Positions 42,648 through 51,899 of a DNA stretch of 64,000 nucleotides are shown here, piece after piece. The translations under genes and the position numbers were made by a program. The stretch lies in contig CBDBDQ010000005.1 in assembly GCA_965203905.1 (NCBI GenBank), positions 5,056,001-5,120,000 on the forward strand, in the 5' to 3' direction. Positions within the stretch are counted from its first letter, which is position 1; each line of letters starts with the position of its first letter. This DNA comes from Spirochaetia bacterium. Its GTDB lineage: Bacteria > Spirochaetota > Spirochaetia > SZUA-6 > Bin103. The notes beneath the pieces are model-generated. The model saw only the letters and a program-made list of their open reading frames with translations. It made no database searches and had not been told where the DNA came from.

Positions 42648-42947
42648 GCAGTGGTCTTGCCAATCAGTACCGGCTGTCGGCACACTATAGCGACCTCGAT
42701 TTCCTCACCACGATCCTCAGCCCCGAGGATCTGACTGCCAGGATCAAGGCCCAACCTGCCGCTGCGGGCGCGGCGACCTGAACGAGCTGAACAAACCCGA
42801 ACATTCAGGTTCGGATGCGGTAACCAACTCTCCTGCAAGGAGATAGCCGCACCCGGACCCCCGAACCCCGTATTTGAACGTATACCCTGTTTAGACTGTG
42901 CCCGAAGGTGTCTCACCGGCAGCGGACGGCAACGGAAAGGAGCAAGC

Positions 42948-43823
42948 ATGAAGTTCCAGCGCCACCTGGACGGTTTTCGCGACTACCTGCGCGCCCATCA
43001 CTTCGCCGCCCGCACCCTCGAGACCTACGGGGCTAACACCAAGCGCTTCCTGGCATTCCTCGAGGAGCGCTACCCACGCATCGACACGGTCGAGCAGGTC
43101 ACCAAGGACACGATCCTCGACTATCAACGGCATCTGGCCGAGCATGAGCATGCCACGCAGAACCTGATCCTGCGGTCGGTGCGCAAGTTCTTCCATTATC
43201 TACTGCGCGGCGACTTCATCCTCCGGGACCCCACCAGCGTGCTGGAGTTCCCCAAGGAGGAGCAGAAGCTGATTCGGAATGTGTTGTCGGAGGACGAGGT
43301 CTCAGGCCTGCTCGAGCAGATCAAGCCGATCGGCCCCGAGGGGCTGCGCAACCGCGCCATCGTCGAGCTGCTGTACGCCTGCGGCATCCGCACCACCGAG
43401 CTGTGTCGGCTCCGGGTCGCCGACGTGGACCTCAAGGAACAGACGGTCACCATCATGAAGGGCAAGGGCGGCAAGTCGCGCGTGGTCCCCATCGGTCAGT
43501 ACGCCTGCCACTACATCGCCGAGTATCTGCGCAAGGGTCGCAAGTACTTCCTGCGCGGACGCACCGACGATCCGGGCCTGTTGTTCCTATCGGGCTGGGG
43601 CAACCCCTTCAACGCCAGCACTATCAACCGCTCGGTGATGTGGAAGATCGCCACCGAGGCGGGGCTCAAGAAAGACCTGACCTGCTATACGTTTCGCCAT
43701 TCGGTGGCGACCCATCTTCTGCGAGCCGATGCGAACGTGATGCACATCGCCAAGCTGCTCGGCCACGCCTCGCTGAATAATGTTGCGTTGCCCGTTATGT
43801 TGCGTTGGGCCGGTTCTCCTTAA
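42948..43823 (+). pseudogene. XerD-like tyrosine recombinase truncated before the catalytic Tyr
   Basis: RNRAIVELLYACGIR; GKGGKSR; FRHS.ATHLL; LLGHASLN, then unrelated sequence. Confidence 0.82.
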
Positions 43824-43990
43824 CGAGTGAGGAGCGTCGGCTCGATCAACGCAACATAACGGCGTACGCTTACAGCGTTCGCAGGAACGCCATCAAGCCG
43901 GTGTCCTCCCGCCACGGGGTAGTCGCTTGCGGTTCGGTTTCGTCGCACAGAGCGATTGCCTTGGCCTTCGTCTCGAGGTCGATTTCGACG
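43778..43990 (-). mobile_element. end of a RIT-like element (terminal repeats plus C-terminus of a tyrosine recombinase)
   Basis: TAATGTTGCGTTG...TTATGTTGCGTTG and inverted CAACGCAACATAA; minus-strand VEIDLETKAKAIALCD...WREDTGLMAFLRTL* at 43870-43990. Confidence 0.65.
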
Positions 43991-44430
43991 TCGCGCCATG
44001 ACGACGCGCCAGGATGGCGTCAGCGCAGTGACCGGTTGGCGCTCACGTTTGGTGAGCTCCGAGTGGTCCGAGTGGTTGACAGGGTGCTCGCGTCCATAGC
44101 AAGCTTGCCTCGCTTGGGGTTTCGACGGATCGATGATGACGCGCCATGACGACAGCCAGCGCAGTGACCGCTTCGCTGTGACGCGACCGGTGCATCCCCC
44201 CCCCCCCCACTTTTTCGAACCGAGAAACAACTAACCGCTCCGGCTGATCGGCCCGTACGCGACCCCGCGCACGCCGTCGCCTTCAGCACCGGGGTAGCGG
44301 CCGGCTACGACCGCAACGGTCCTGGATCCCCGCCCCCCAACTCACCGTCACAGAACCGACCGCCGACGTCGCCGGTCAACCACATTCGTTGCTCGGCCGA
44401 CCACCGCCCCGCGTGGCGTTGTGACGCAGG
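43988..44430 (+). repeat. conserved non-coding leader with C13 tract (copy 2)
   Basis: Aligns with 32268-32752; C run at 44196-44208. Confidence 0.8.
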
Positions 44431-44528
44431 TCCCAACGTCCGCCGAGCGGTGGGCGTTTGCATGATGGGGCGCGCACGCGGATCCCATCTTACGTCAGCC
44501 ATCTGGCAGGGCACCCTGTGCCCCAAGA

Positions 44529-46546
44529 GTCGGAGTAGGAATGACCATCGCTGATCACCCCCTCCACAGATCCCGGCGAGCGGAACTACCGCACCGGGCT
44601 CCTGCCTCAGGTATGACGCCAAGGCGGTACAAGGGATAGGGATGGCACACGCGGGGCGGTGGCAACCAGTGGCCGATCAGACGGCTCAGCCGCTCCCAGG
44701 TAAGCCGGGGCTTCTGACTGCGCCGCCGCATCGACCGATACCAGAGCCGACCTACCCGCAGGCGGAACAGGCGCAGTGCGCGGGAGTTCGTGGGCACCCC
44801 GTAGTACCGCAGGTGCCCACCCACAACCGAGCGCAGCCAGCTTCCCACCTCCGGGACCGGATCGTGCAGGCGCCGCCGGAGCTCGGTCTTCACCTGCCCC
44901 AGCTTGGCCTGCAACCGCTCCCGCATCGTCTGCCTGAGCACCGTAAACCGTCCGTCACTCCACTTCGTCCCGCAGATGTGCGTGAACCCGAGGAAGTCGA
45001 AGGTCTCCGGCTTCCCCTGACCTCGACGCCTGCGGTTCTCGGCCGCGAACGGCCCGAACTCGATCAAGCGCGTCTTGTCAGGATCCAGCTCCAAGGCGAA
45101 CTTGCTGAACCTCTCGGTCAGCTCCGCCCGGAACCGCTCGGCATCCGAGCGGTTCCGGAATCCGCCGACGATGTCATCCGCGTAGCGCACGACGATCACC
45201 TCGCCACGCGCCTGCGTCTGCCGCCAGCGCCGGACCCACAGGTCGAACACGTAGTGCAGGTAGATGTTGGCAAGAAGCGGCGAAGCGCTGCCTCCCTGCG
45301 GCGTCCCCTGCTCGCTGCGTGTCCGCGTCCCGTCTTCCAGCACGCCGGCGTTCAGCCATTTCTGGATGAGCCGCACGACGCGCCGATCCCCGATCCGATG
45401 CTCGGCGAACTTCACCAGCCAGCCGTGGTCGATGGCGTCAAAGAACCCACGGATGTCCACGTCGAGCACCCAGTTCACCTTCCGTGTCAGCAGGCCCACA
45501 TAGAGCGCGTCCAACGCATTGTGCTGGCTGCGCCCCGGCCGGAACCCGTAACTGAACCCGAGAAAGTCGGTCTCGTAGATGGTGTTCAGCACCTCGACTG
45601 TCGCACGCTGGACGATCTTGTCTTCCAGCGCCGTCACGCCGAGCGGTCGTTGCCGCCCGTCGCTCTTGGGGATGAACACCCTCCGCACCGGCTTCGCCCG
45701 GTACGCTCCTCGCTGCAGCCGTCCACAGAGGTCCAGGAGGTTGCCCTCCAGGTCCCTGCCGTACTGCCGCCACGTCACCCGGTCCACCCCCGGCGCGGCT
45801 TCCCGCCTGAGGCTGAAGTACGCCTCCCGGAGCATCGCAGGGTTGTCGACGTGGTGCATGAGCGCGGTGAACCGCAGCGTCCTATCCCGTCGCGCTGCTT
45901 GACGTATCCGCTCCAGCGCACTGAGCGCGCCCTCCCGGCGCAGTGTCCGGGGCGCGTTTTGCTGGCGCAGATTCCCTTTGGCCAGGCCCCTTTCCTCCAC
46001 CCGCTCCGCGGCCCGGTTGCTGCCGGCCGGCGTGACCGTAGGTTCTCCCTTGGCTGTATCCGGCGTTTCCGCCTGCGTGCCCGTGTAGGGTTCACCATAG
46101 CCGCGCCACCTGCGGCAGCCCCCGTCCTTGTTCGCGGGTTTCCCAGGTACTATGGGCCTGTCCGACTTCCCAGCTCCGTTCATCGTCGGCGTACGTCCTT
46201 GGACTTCCCGACACGGCCTGCGGCGCCATCCGCCACAGGCGAAGCTGGGATCTCCCGGCTCCCGCGCAAGGTGTTTCCGTACGTGCCCGGGGTCTGTGAC
46301 CGCGCAGGGTCCCGTGGCGCCTCGCGATATCGGCGCCCCGAGTGTGGCCTTCCGCATCCTCCTACGGCGTCGGCACCCCAAAGTAATTCCTTTCGCGGCT
46401 CGATACCCGGCCCGCACGTACCCCTGTCAACGCTTCACCCCCGCTCTTGCGAGCGACGGCGCATGACTCAGGGCCGCCGTGGGTCGCTAGCCCTTCGACG
46501 TATGACTCTTCCATTCACAACACCTTGCCGGTTTTTACCGGCGCAC
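44529..46546 (-). mobile_element. complete group II intron (probably bacterial class E)
   Basis: 5' GTGCG at 46546; DV GAGCCCGGTGCGGTAGTTCCGCTCGCCGGGATC; DVI ending CCTACTCCGAC at 44529. Confidence 0.92.
44555..46183 (-). CDS. ltrA: group II intron reverse transcriptase/maturase, no endonuclease domain
   Basis: RFTAL.HHV; AAPGVD; IPKSDGRQRPLG; GTPQG; RYADD; FDFLGFTH. Confidence 0.93.
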   Translation of the reverse strand: MNGAGKSDRPIVPGKPANKDGGCRRWRGYGEPYTGTQAETPDTAKGEPTVTPAGSNRAAERVEERGLAKGNLRQQNAPRTLRREGALSALERIRQAARRDRTLRFTALMHHVDNPAMLREAYFSLRREAAPGVDRVTWRQYGRDLEGNLLDLCGRLQRGAYRAKPVRRVFIPKSDGRQRPLGVTALEDKIVQRATVEVLNTIYETDFLGFSYGFRPGRSQHNALDALYVGLLTRKVNWVLDVDIRGFFDAIDHGWLVKFAEHRIGDRRVVRLIQKWLNAGVLEDGTRTRSEQGTPQGGSASPLLANIYLHYVFDLWVRRWRQTQARGEVIVVRYADDIVGGFRNRSDAERFRAELTERFSKFALELDPDKTRLIEFGPFAAENRRRRGQGKPETFDFLGFTHICGTKWSDGRFTVLRQTMRERLQAKLGQVKTELRRRLHDPVPEVGSWLRSVVGGHLRYYGVPTNSRALRLFRLRVGRLWYRSMRRRSQKPRLTWERLSRLIGHWLPPPRVCHPYPLYRLGVIPEAGARCGSSARRDLWRG

Positions 46547-46558
46547 AGGAGGTGCGAA

Positions 46559-46594
46559 ATGATACTCAAAGAACCGCAACCCCGCGCGGCGTGA
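46559..46594 (+). CDS. putative 11-aa leader peptide MILKEPQPRAA
   Basis: AGGAGGTG SD; conserved with 32990-33025. Confidence 0.4.
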   Translation: MILKEPQPRAA

Positions 46595-46753
46595 GCCCGG
46601 CTAAACCCGGTGAGTCACACGCCGCGCGCTTCACAATTCGACTCAGACTGGCCGTCCGCGTTGGCGGGCGCGCCCGCGTTGCGGGCGTCAGAGTAGCCAG
46701 GGAGCGGCAAGTCGCTCCGCAATACTCTCGAGAATCAAGATCCGGAGTTACGC

Positions 46754-48544
46754 ATGAACTTTGCAAAAATTAGAATGACCTTCGCGTTTGCGTTGGTCCT
46801 CGTAATGACCGCAACCGGCCTCTGGGCCGCTGGCGCAGAAGAGGAGCCGGCAGCCGCTGCCGACAAGAAGTATGTGACCGACCCCTCCACCGGCAAGGTG
46901 GTGGTGGCGCCAGAGTATGGCGGGACAATAACCTTCGCCCGAAAAGACGAGCCGGCGGGTCCTGACACCGTGATCAGTGGTATGTGGGCGCAAGCCTACG
47001 TCGCTGGCGTTAATGAGAAGCTCGCCTGGCCGGACTGGGCAACGCCTAGGGACGAATTTGACTTCGTGTATCACAACGTTCCAACTAACACGATAGGGAG
47101 TCTGGCGGAAAGCTGGTCGCAGCCCGACCCACTGACGTATATCGTCAAAGTCCGCCAGGGCGTTTACTGGCATGATAAGCCACCGATGAACGGTCGGGAG
47201 CTGATTGCCGACGATATCGTATATAACTATCACCGTATTACGGGTACGGGCAGCGGTTTCACCGAACGTAGCGAATGGGCCCAGGCACTCAAATCTGTGC
47301 CACTCGAATCGGTAACGGCCACCGACAAATGGACGGTTGTTTTTAAGCTGAAGTCGCTACACCTCGATGCGCTGGCTGCTATCCTCGACGGCACGATCGC
47401 TTGGATATATCCCCCCGAGGTAATCAAGGAACACGGGGACGTTACGGATTGGAGGAACCTGGTCGGCACCGGACCCATGATGCTGACTGACTTGGTCGAA
47501 GGCGTCTCTATTACCTGGGACAAGAATCCTGACTACTGGGGATACGACGAGAAATACCCGGAGAACCGCCTGCCCTATATTGACCGGCTGAGGGCCCTGT
47601 TTATGCCAGAAGACCCAACGTATCTGGCGGCACTGCGCACGGGTAGGATTGATTACATAGGTCCGATCAGCGGCAACGCAATCATGAGTCAAGACCAGTT
47701 AGAGAGCCTCAAGAGGACCAACCCCGAACTCGTGATATATCCGTATATCGATCGGTCAGATAATGCTATTGGTATGAACACGCAGAGGCCGCCCTTTGAC
47801 GACATCAGGGTGCGCAAGGCAATGCAGATGGCACTAAACCTCGAGGAAATTAACGACGGCTTGTATGGAGGTTTTGCAGATGTGACACCTCAGGGGGTGA
47901 TAAACCGGTCTTTAACATGTTGTGTCACCCAATTTGAAGAGTGGCCCGAAGAGGTCAAGAAAGGCTTTATGTATGACCCGGCAGGGGCCGAGAAGCTTCT
48001 TGATGAGGCGGGGTATCCGCGCGGGGCCGACGGCATTAGATTTAAGACCGAGTTGATGCACCTCGTGTTTAGACCTTTGAGCTATGTAGAATTACTCGCT
48101 TCATACTGGAATAAGATTGGCATTGATGTAGAGATTGATTCACCACCAGTACCTTCCTTTGCCTCTAGAAGAGGTGAGAGGGATTTCGAAATGATCAGTG
48201 CGGAAGCGGCCATGCGGTGGAACCCATTGGTATTAGAATCTCGCTATCTACCGACCACATCATATAACAGCGCCAATGTCAACGACCCGGTTTATACAGC
48301 CATGCATGAAGCCGCCGCAGCCGCTACCACCATCGAGGAGTATAACAGTATAATTAAAGAGTTGGATCAGTATGGGATAGAGAAGTTCTGGGAGATATGG
48401 GGTGGTATGGCCCCACAGTATGTCGCGATCCAGCCGTGGCTCGTCGGTTTTAACGGTGAAACGATGTTGGGAACGGGTCAATATACCACCATCTTCAGCC
48501 GCCTCTGGGTTGATAGTGAGCTGAAGGAAGCAATGGGTCATTAG
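46754..48544 (+). CDS. ABC transporter substrate-binding protein, family 5; paralog of 33169-34986
   Basis: Near-identical signal region and identical ELKEAMGH end; GGAG RBS. Confidence 0.92.
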   Translation: MNFAKIRMTFAFALVLVMTATGLWAAGAEEEPAAAADKKYVTDPSTGKVVVAPEYGGTITFARKDEPAGPDTVISGMWAQAYVAGVNEKLAWPDWATPRDEFDFVYHNVPTNTIGSLAESWSQPDPLTYIVKVRQGVYWHDKPPMNGRELIADDIVYNYHRITGTGSGFTERSEWAQALKSVPLESVTATDKWTVVFKLKSLHLDALAAILDGTIAWIYPPEVIKEHGDVTDWRNLVGTGPMMLTDLVEGVSITWDKNPDYWGYDEKYPENRLPYIDRLRALFMPEDPTYLAALRTGRIDYIGPISGNAIMSQDQLESLKRTNPELVIYPYIDRSDNAIGMNTQRPPFDDIRVRKAMQMALNLEEINDGLYGGFADVTPQGVINRSLTCCVTQFEEWPEEVKKGFMYDPAGAEKLLDEAGYPRGADGIRFKTELMHLVFRPLSYVELLASYWNKIGIDVEIDSPPVPSFASRRGERDFEMISAEAAMRWNPLVLESRYLPTTSYNSANVNDPVYTAMHEAAAAATTIEEYNSIIKELDQYGIEKFWEIWGGMAPQYVAIQPWLVGFNGETMLGTGQYTTIFSRLWVDSELKEAMGH

Positions 48545-48549
48545 GGGTT

Positions 48550-49465
48550 TTGAGCAGCCGACAAGACTGCATTCCAGCCGGGGAAGGACCGGCCGTACCA
48601 ATTGCCCGGTTCGGGTACGTAGTGATGCCACAGTTCGTGTTGGGTAACCGCACGATAGCTGCGTGGTGTATAAGGCCCTGCCGCTTTGTCAGGCACAGGA
48701 CTGCAAGGTGGGGGCATCCAGAGGGTCGAGCGAGCACAGGAGCCTGAACATAAAGGAATGTCTGCAGCCCCGAAATATGACCCCCGGCGAAAGCTGCTGT
48801 CCGGGACCTTTTGGTGTGCCGAGCACGTAAGCCCTATTGCGAGGCCGACGCTCTTCGTGAAGAAACGGGTACATGCAGCGAAGAGACACTACGGGGTAGG
48901 GGACCAAGCGACTGTGCAAGGAATGCAGGGACAAAGTCGGGAAGGACCATCTCCCAGCAGGGGCTGGCAGCAACCTGCAGGGACCTGTCGTATAAGGCGG
49001 AGAGCTGAAGTCGTCAGGAGGGATTTGGTCTGGCGCCTGAGCCAGTATGAGCTATGAAGGTGGAGTAATGCCCTCTGACGTGACGCTCGATGTCACGCTG
49101 CAACGGGTAACGACCGCTGCAGGCGAAGGGGCTCTCGGTGCATGTCGGATGCCTGACGGGCACACGCCGGGGCGCTGTACCCGGGTAACGTGAGAAGTCG
49201 CAGCGGGCATCGAGCCGGTGGTATAACCGGCCGGGTTAGGGGCGTATGCGTGCCAGCGCTTGAGCTTCGGCCCCGTCGGGAAGGTCCATCGGGTAAAGTG
49301 GGCATGGCCGCCAACCGGACTCGAGAAATTCGACCGTCCGGGATGAGAGGGGGGCTTCGCGGAAACGCGGACTATGGTGGAACTAGGATCCTGCCTCGCA
49401 ATCGAAAGAGCGAGGTGGTTATGAATCTCTGCCTAAGGCTTGCGCGCGCCGCGATTCTACCCGGC
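48550..49465 (+). ncRNA. ORF-less group II intron
   Basis: 916-bp insertion absent from the paralogous site near 34990; DV-like AACCGGACTCGAGAAATTCGACCGTCCGGGAT; extended DVI ending CTACCCGGC; EBS1-like GACCCC pairs with the exon GGGGTT. Confidence 0.8.
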
Positions 49466-49569
49466 CACCCCTTGTGGTTGACCTCAGGGAAAGAGGGAGC
49501 TGGAGGGCTCAAGCTCAAGCCCCCCAGTTTTCCCATACTCCTCAAATAATGAGAGGAGGGCTTTCATAC

Positions 49570-49965
49570 TGTCATTCCGGGCGGAGACCCGGAATCCAGA
49601 AAACGCAACCATTTGAAATTTCGCTGGATTCCGCCTTTCGGCGGAATGACGGGGAGAATCAAGGGGGACACCCCCTTGAACCCCCGTTTCAAAAGGGGTT
49701 TCACCCCTCTGGACTCCCCAAAACGGTAAGAGGCGAGTTTCTTGGCAGGGGTCATTCGCACCTTAGAGAGTGCCGCGCCCTTCAGTGGAAGGGGCCGGAA
49801 AGACGTGGAAGGTGGATTCCGGCCCCGGATCTAGTCCGGGGCCGGCTTTTCGCGGGAATGACGTGGAAGGTGGATTCCGGTTTTCACCGGAATGACGGGA
49901 GCCTGCCCCGTACCTGATACGGGGTTGGGATATATACCGCAATGACCAAAGAGGGGTGGCAATGA
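49570..49965. repeat. REP-like palindrome cluster (expanded copy)
   Basis: Several GGATTCC...GGAATGAC units; homologous to 35088-35408. Confidence 0.7.
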
Positions 49966-49993
49966 CGGGGTACATCGCGATGAGGAGTGTGAT

Positions 49994-50947
49994 ATGAAAG
50001 CCTATATAATCAGACGGTTATTGCTGATAATCCCCACCCTGTTTATATTGAGCATCCTGGTCTTTCTCTCGGTCCGCTTCATCCCGGGCGATGTAATAGA
50101 TGCAATGTTGGCTCAGATGGAAATGTACGGGGGGATTGACCGTGAAGCTCTTGAGCGCCGGCTGGGATTGGACGTGCCTGTCTACGTGCAGTATGGACGC
50201 TGGATAGGAAATATTTTCCGGCACGGTAGCCTTGGCGAATCACTGATGGGCCGTGGGGCGGTGGAGGAGAAGATAATAGATAGACTGCCGGTAACCATCG
50301 AGCTTGGTGTCATGGCAATCGTAATCGGGCTCTTGATAGCGCTGCCAGTCGGCATCTACTCGGCGATTCGCCAGGATACGGCGGCCGACTACGTGGGGCG
50401 CTCCGCGGCCATCATCGGCCTGGCAACGCCTAACTTCTGGCTGGGAACTATGGTCATGATCTTCCCGGCAATCTGGTGGGGCTGGGCGCCACCGCTGGAG
50501 TGGGTTTCTTTCACCGAAGACCCGCTGGGGAATCTCGGGGTGTTCATCATTCCCAGCCTGATTCTGGGGACGGCCTCGGCTGCAGCCACAATGCGGATGA
50601 CGCGCACCATGATGCTGGAGGTGCTCAGGCAGGACTACATCAGGACGGCCTGGTCCAAGGGTCTCAAGGAGAGGGTAGTTATTATGAGACACGCCGTCAA
50701 GAATGCCCTCATCCCGGTAGTTACCCTGATCGGCCTGCAGGTGCCTCTGCTGGTAGGCGGCTCGGTTATCATGGAGAAGATATTTGCCCTGCCGGGGTTA
50801 GGTCGTCTCATGCTGGATGCACTCAATAACAGAGACTACCCGGTTGTCTCCGGAGTAAACTTGGTTTTCGCCACGGCGGTTGTAGGGATCAATCTAATTA
50901 TCGACCTGATTTATCCTTATTTAGACCCCAGGGTACGATACAGCTAA
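49994..50947 (+). CDS. ABC transporter permease (DppB-like)
   Basis: Close paralog of 35423-36421. Confidence 0.92.
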   Translation: MKAYIIRRLLLIIPTLFILSILVFLSVRFIPGDVIDAMLAQMEMYGGIDREALERRLGLDVPVYVQYGRWIGNIFRHGSLGESLMGRGAVEEKIIDRLPVTIELGVMAIVIGLLIALPVGIYSAIRQDTAADYVGRSAAIIGLATPNFWLGTMVMIFPAIWWGWAPPLEWVSFTEDPLGNLGVFIIPSLILGTASAAATMRMTRTMMLEVLRQDYIRTAWSKGLKERVVIMRHAVKNALIPVVTLIGLQVPLLVGGSVIMEKIFALPGLGRLMLDALNNRDYPVVSGVNLVFATAVVGINLIIDLIYPYLDPRVRYS

Positions 50948-50965
50948 AGGGGGGAAATCGGGGAT

Positions 50966-51894
50966 ATGAGTGACGCCACAGGGATACCATCAGCAGAAAT
51001 TGCGCCAAAGAGACGTACCGCGCTGGCTAATTTCTTGAGCAGACTGTGGAAGGAGAAGCCACTGGGTACTGCCAGCGGGATTATCATATTGATATTGATT
51101 TTTGTGGCTATCTTCGCCGATGTTCTGGCCCCTTACGGCTTTCTTGAAGTACACCTGGCAGACAGGCTTCAGGGCTCATCAGCCCGGTATCTGCTGGGTA
51201 CCGACCAGTTGGGGCGAGACTTTTTCAGCCGCCTTATCTACGGTGCTCGTCTTTCGATAGTTGTCGGTCTAGCGGCGACCAGTCTCAATGTTGTGGTGGC
51301 GGCCCTCATAGGCGGCACTTCAGGATTTTGGGCGGCAAATTTGACCTGGCAGTGCAGAGATTTGTCGATGCCTGGATGGCTTTTCCGGGACTGCTCCTGT
51401 TGTTAACCGTAATGTCCATAGTGGGGCAGGGTCTGTTACAGTTAATAGTGGTCCTGGGGGTAACAGGAGGCATCGTTGGCTCAAGAGTAGTCAGAGGCGC
51501 CGTTATCGGTGTAAAAGAGAATGTGTATTTTCAGGCGACGGAGTCGATTGGCTCTTCAAAATGGAGAACATTTATCCGACATGTCCTACCCAATATTATG
51601 CCTACCGTAATCATCATATTCAGCATCAACATCGGGGGGGTGATTATCAGCGAGGCGTCCTTAAGCTTCCTGGGATTCGGTCTGCCGCCGAGTGTACCCA
51701 GCTGGGGTGGGATGCTCAGCCGGGAGGGGCGTGAGTTCATGGAGATGGCGCCATGGCTGGCTCTCTGGCCTGGTCTTTGCCTGACTATTACCGTCTATAG
51801 TCTAAACATGCTCGGCGACGCGGTGCGGGACCTCCTCGACCCGAGGCTGAGGGGCGGTGGTAGTCTCGGTGCCGGAGCCGCCGGGTCGGTCTAA
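50966..51894 (+). CDS. ABC transporter permease (DppC-like), frameshift at the T-run near 51325 (likely an error)
   Basis: Two ORFs join into a paralog of 36440-37366. Confidence 0.85.
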
Positions 51895-51899
51895 GGAGA

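Larger units (their letters stand above)
40020..42781 (+). pseudogene. C-terminal part of a primase-associated P-loop protein (CHC2-primase/Xer element type), split by an IS
   Basis: LSAQALYY..DLKH, ETTT, ENLSR, DES..QT..IH, TRRDHEKFL; YEYIQLIKARS continues after the IS as GLANQYRL...AT* (42653-42781). Confidence 0.7.

Noticed and set aside
42948-43862. Integron integrase with attC site
   Set aside because: No IntI-specific insertion is apparent and the catalytic Tyr is missing; GTTATGT...ACATAAC is inside-out for an attC and is better explained as a RIT-like end
44642-46594. Long antisense ORFs (also 6473-8242, 25012-26814, 56041-58281, 60485-62998)
   Set aside because: Shadow frames of high-GC genes with no recognisable motifs
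44555-48544. Diversity-generating retroelement or retron acting on the SBP
   Set aside because: The RT has group II intron motifs (YADD, maturase region, DV/DVI); no TR/VR pair with adenine-specific differences was seen
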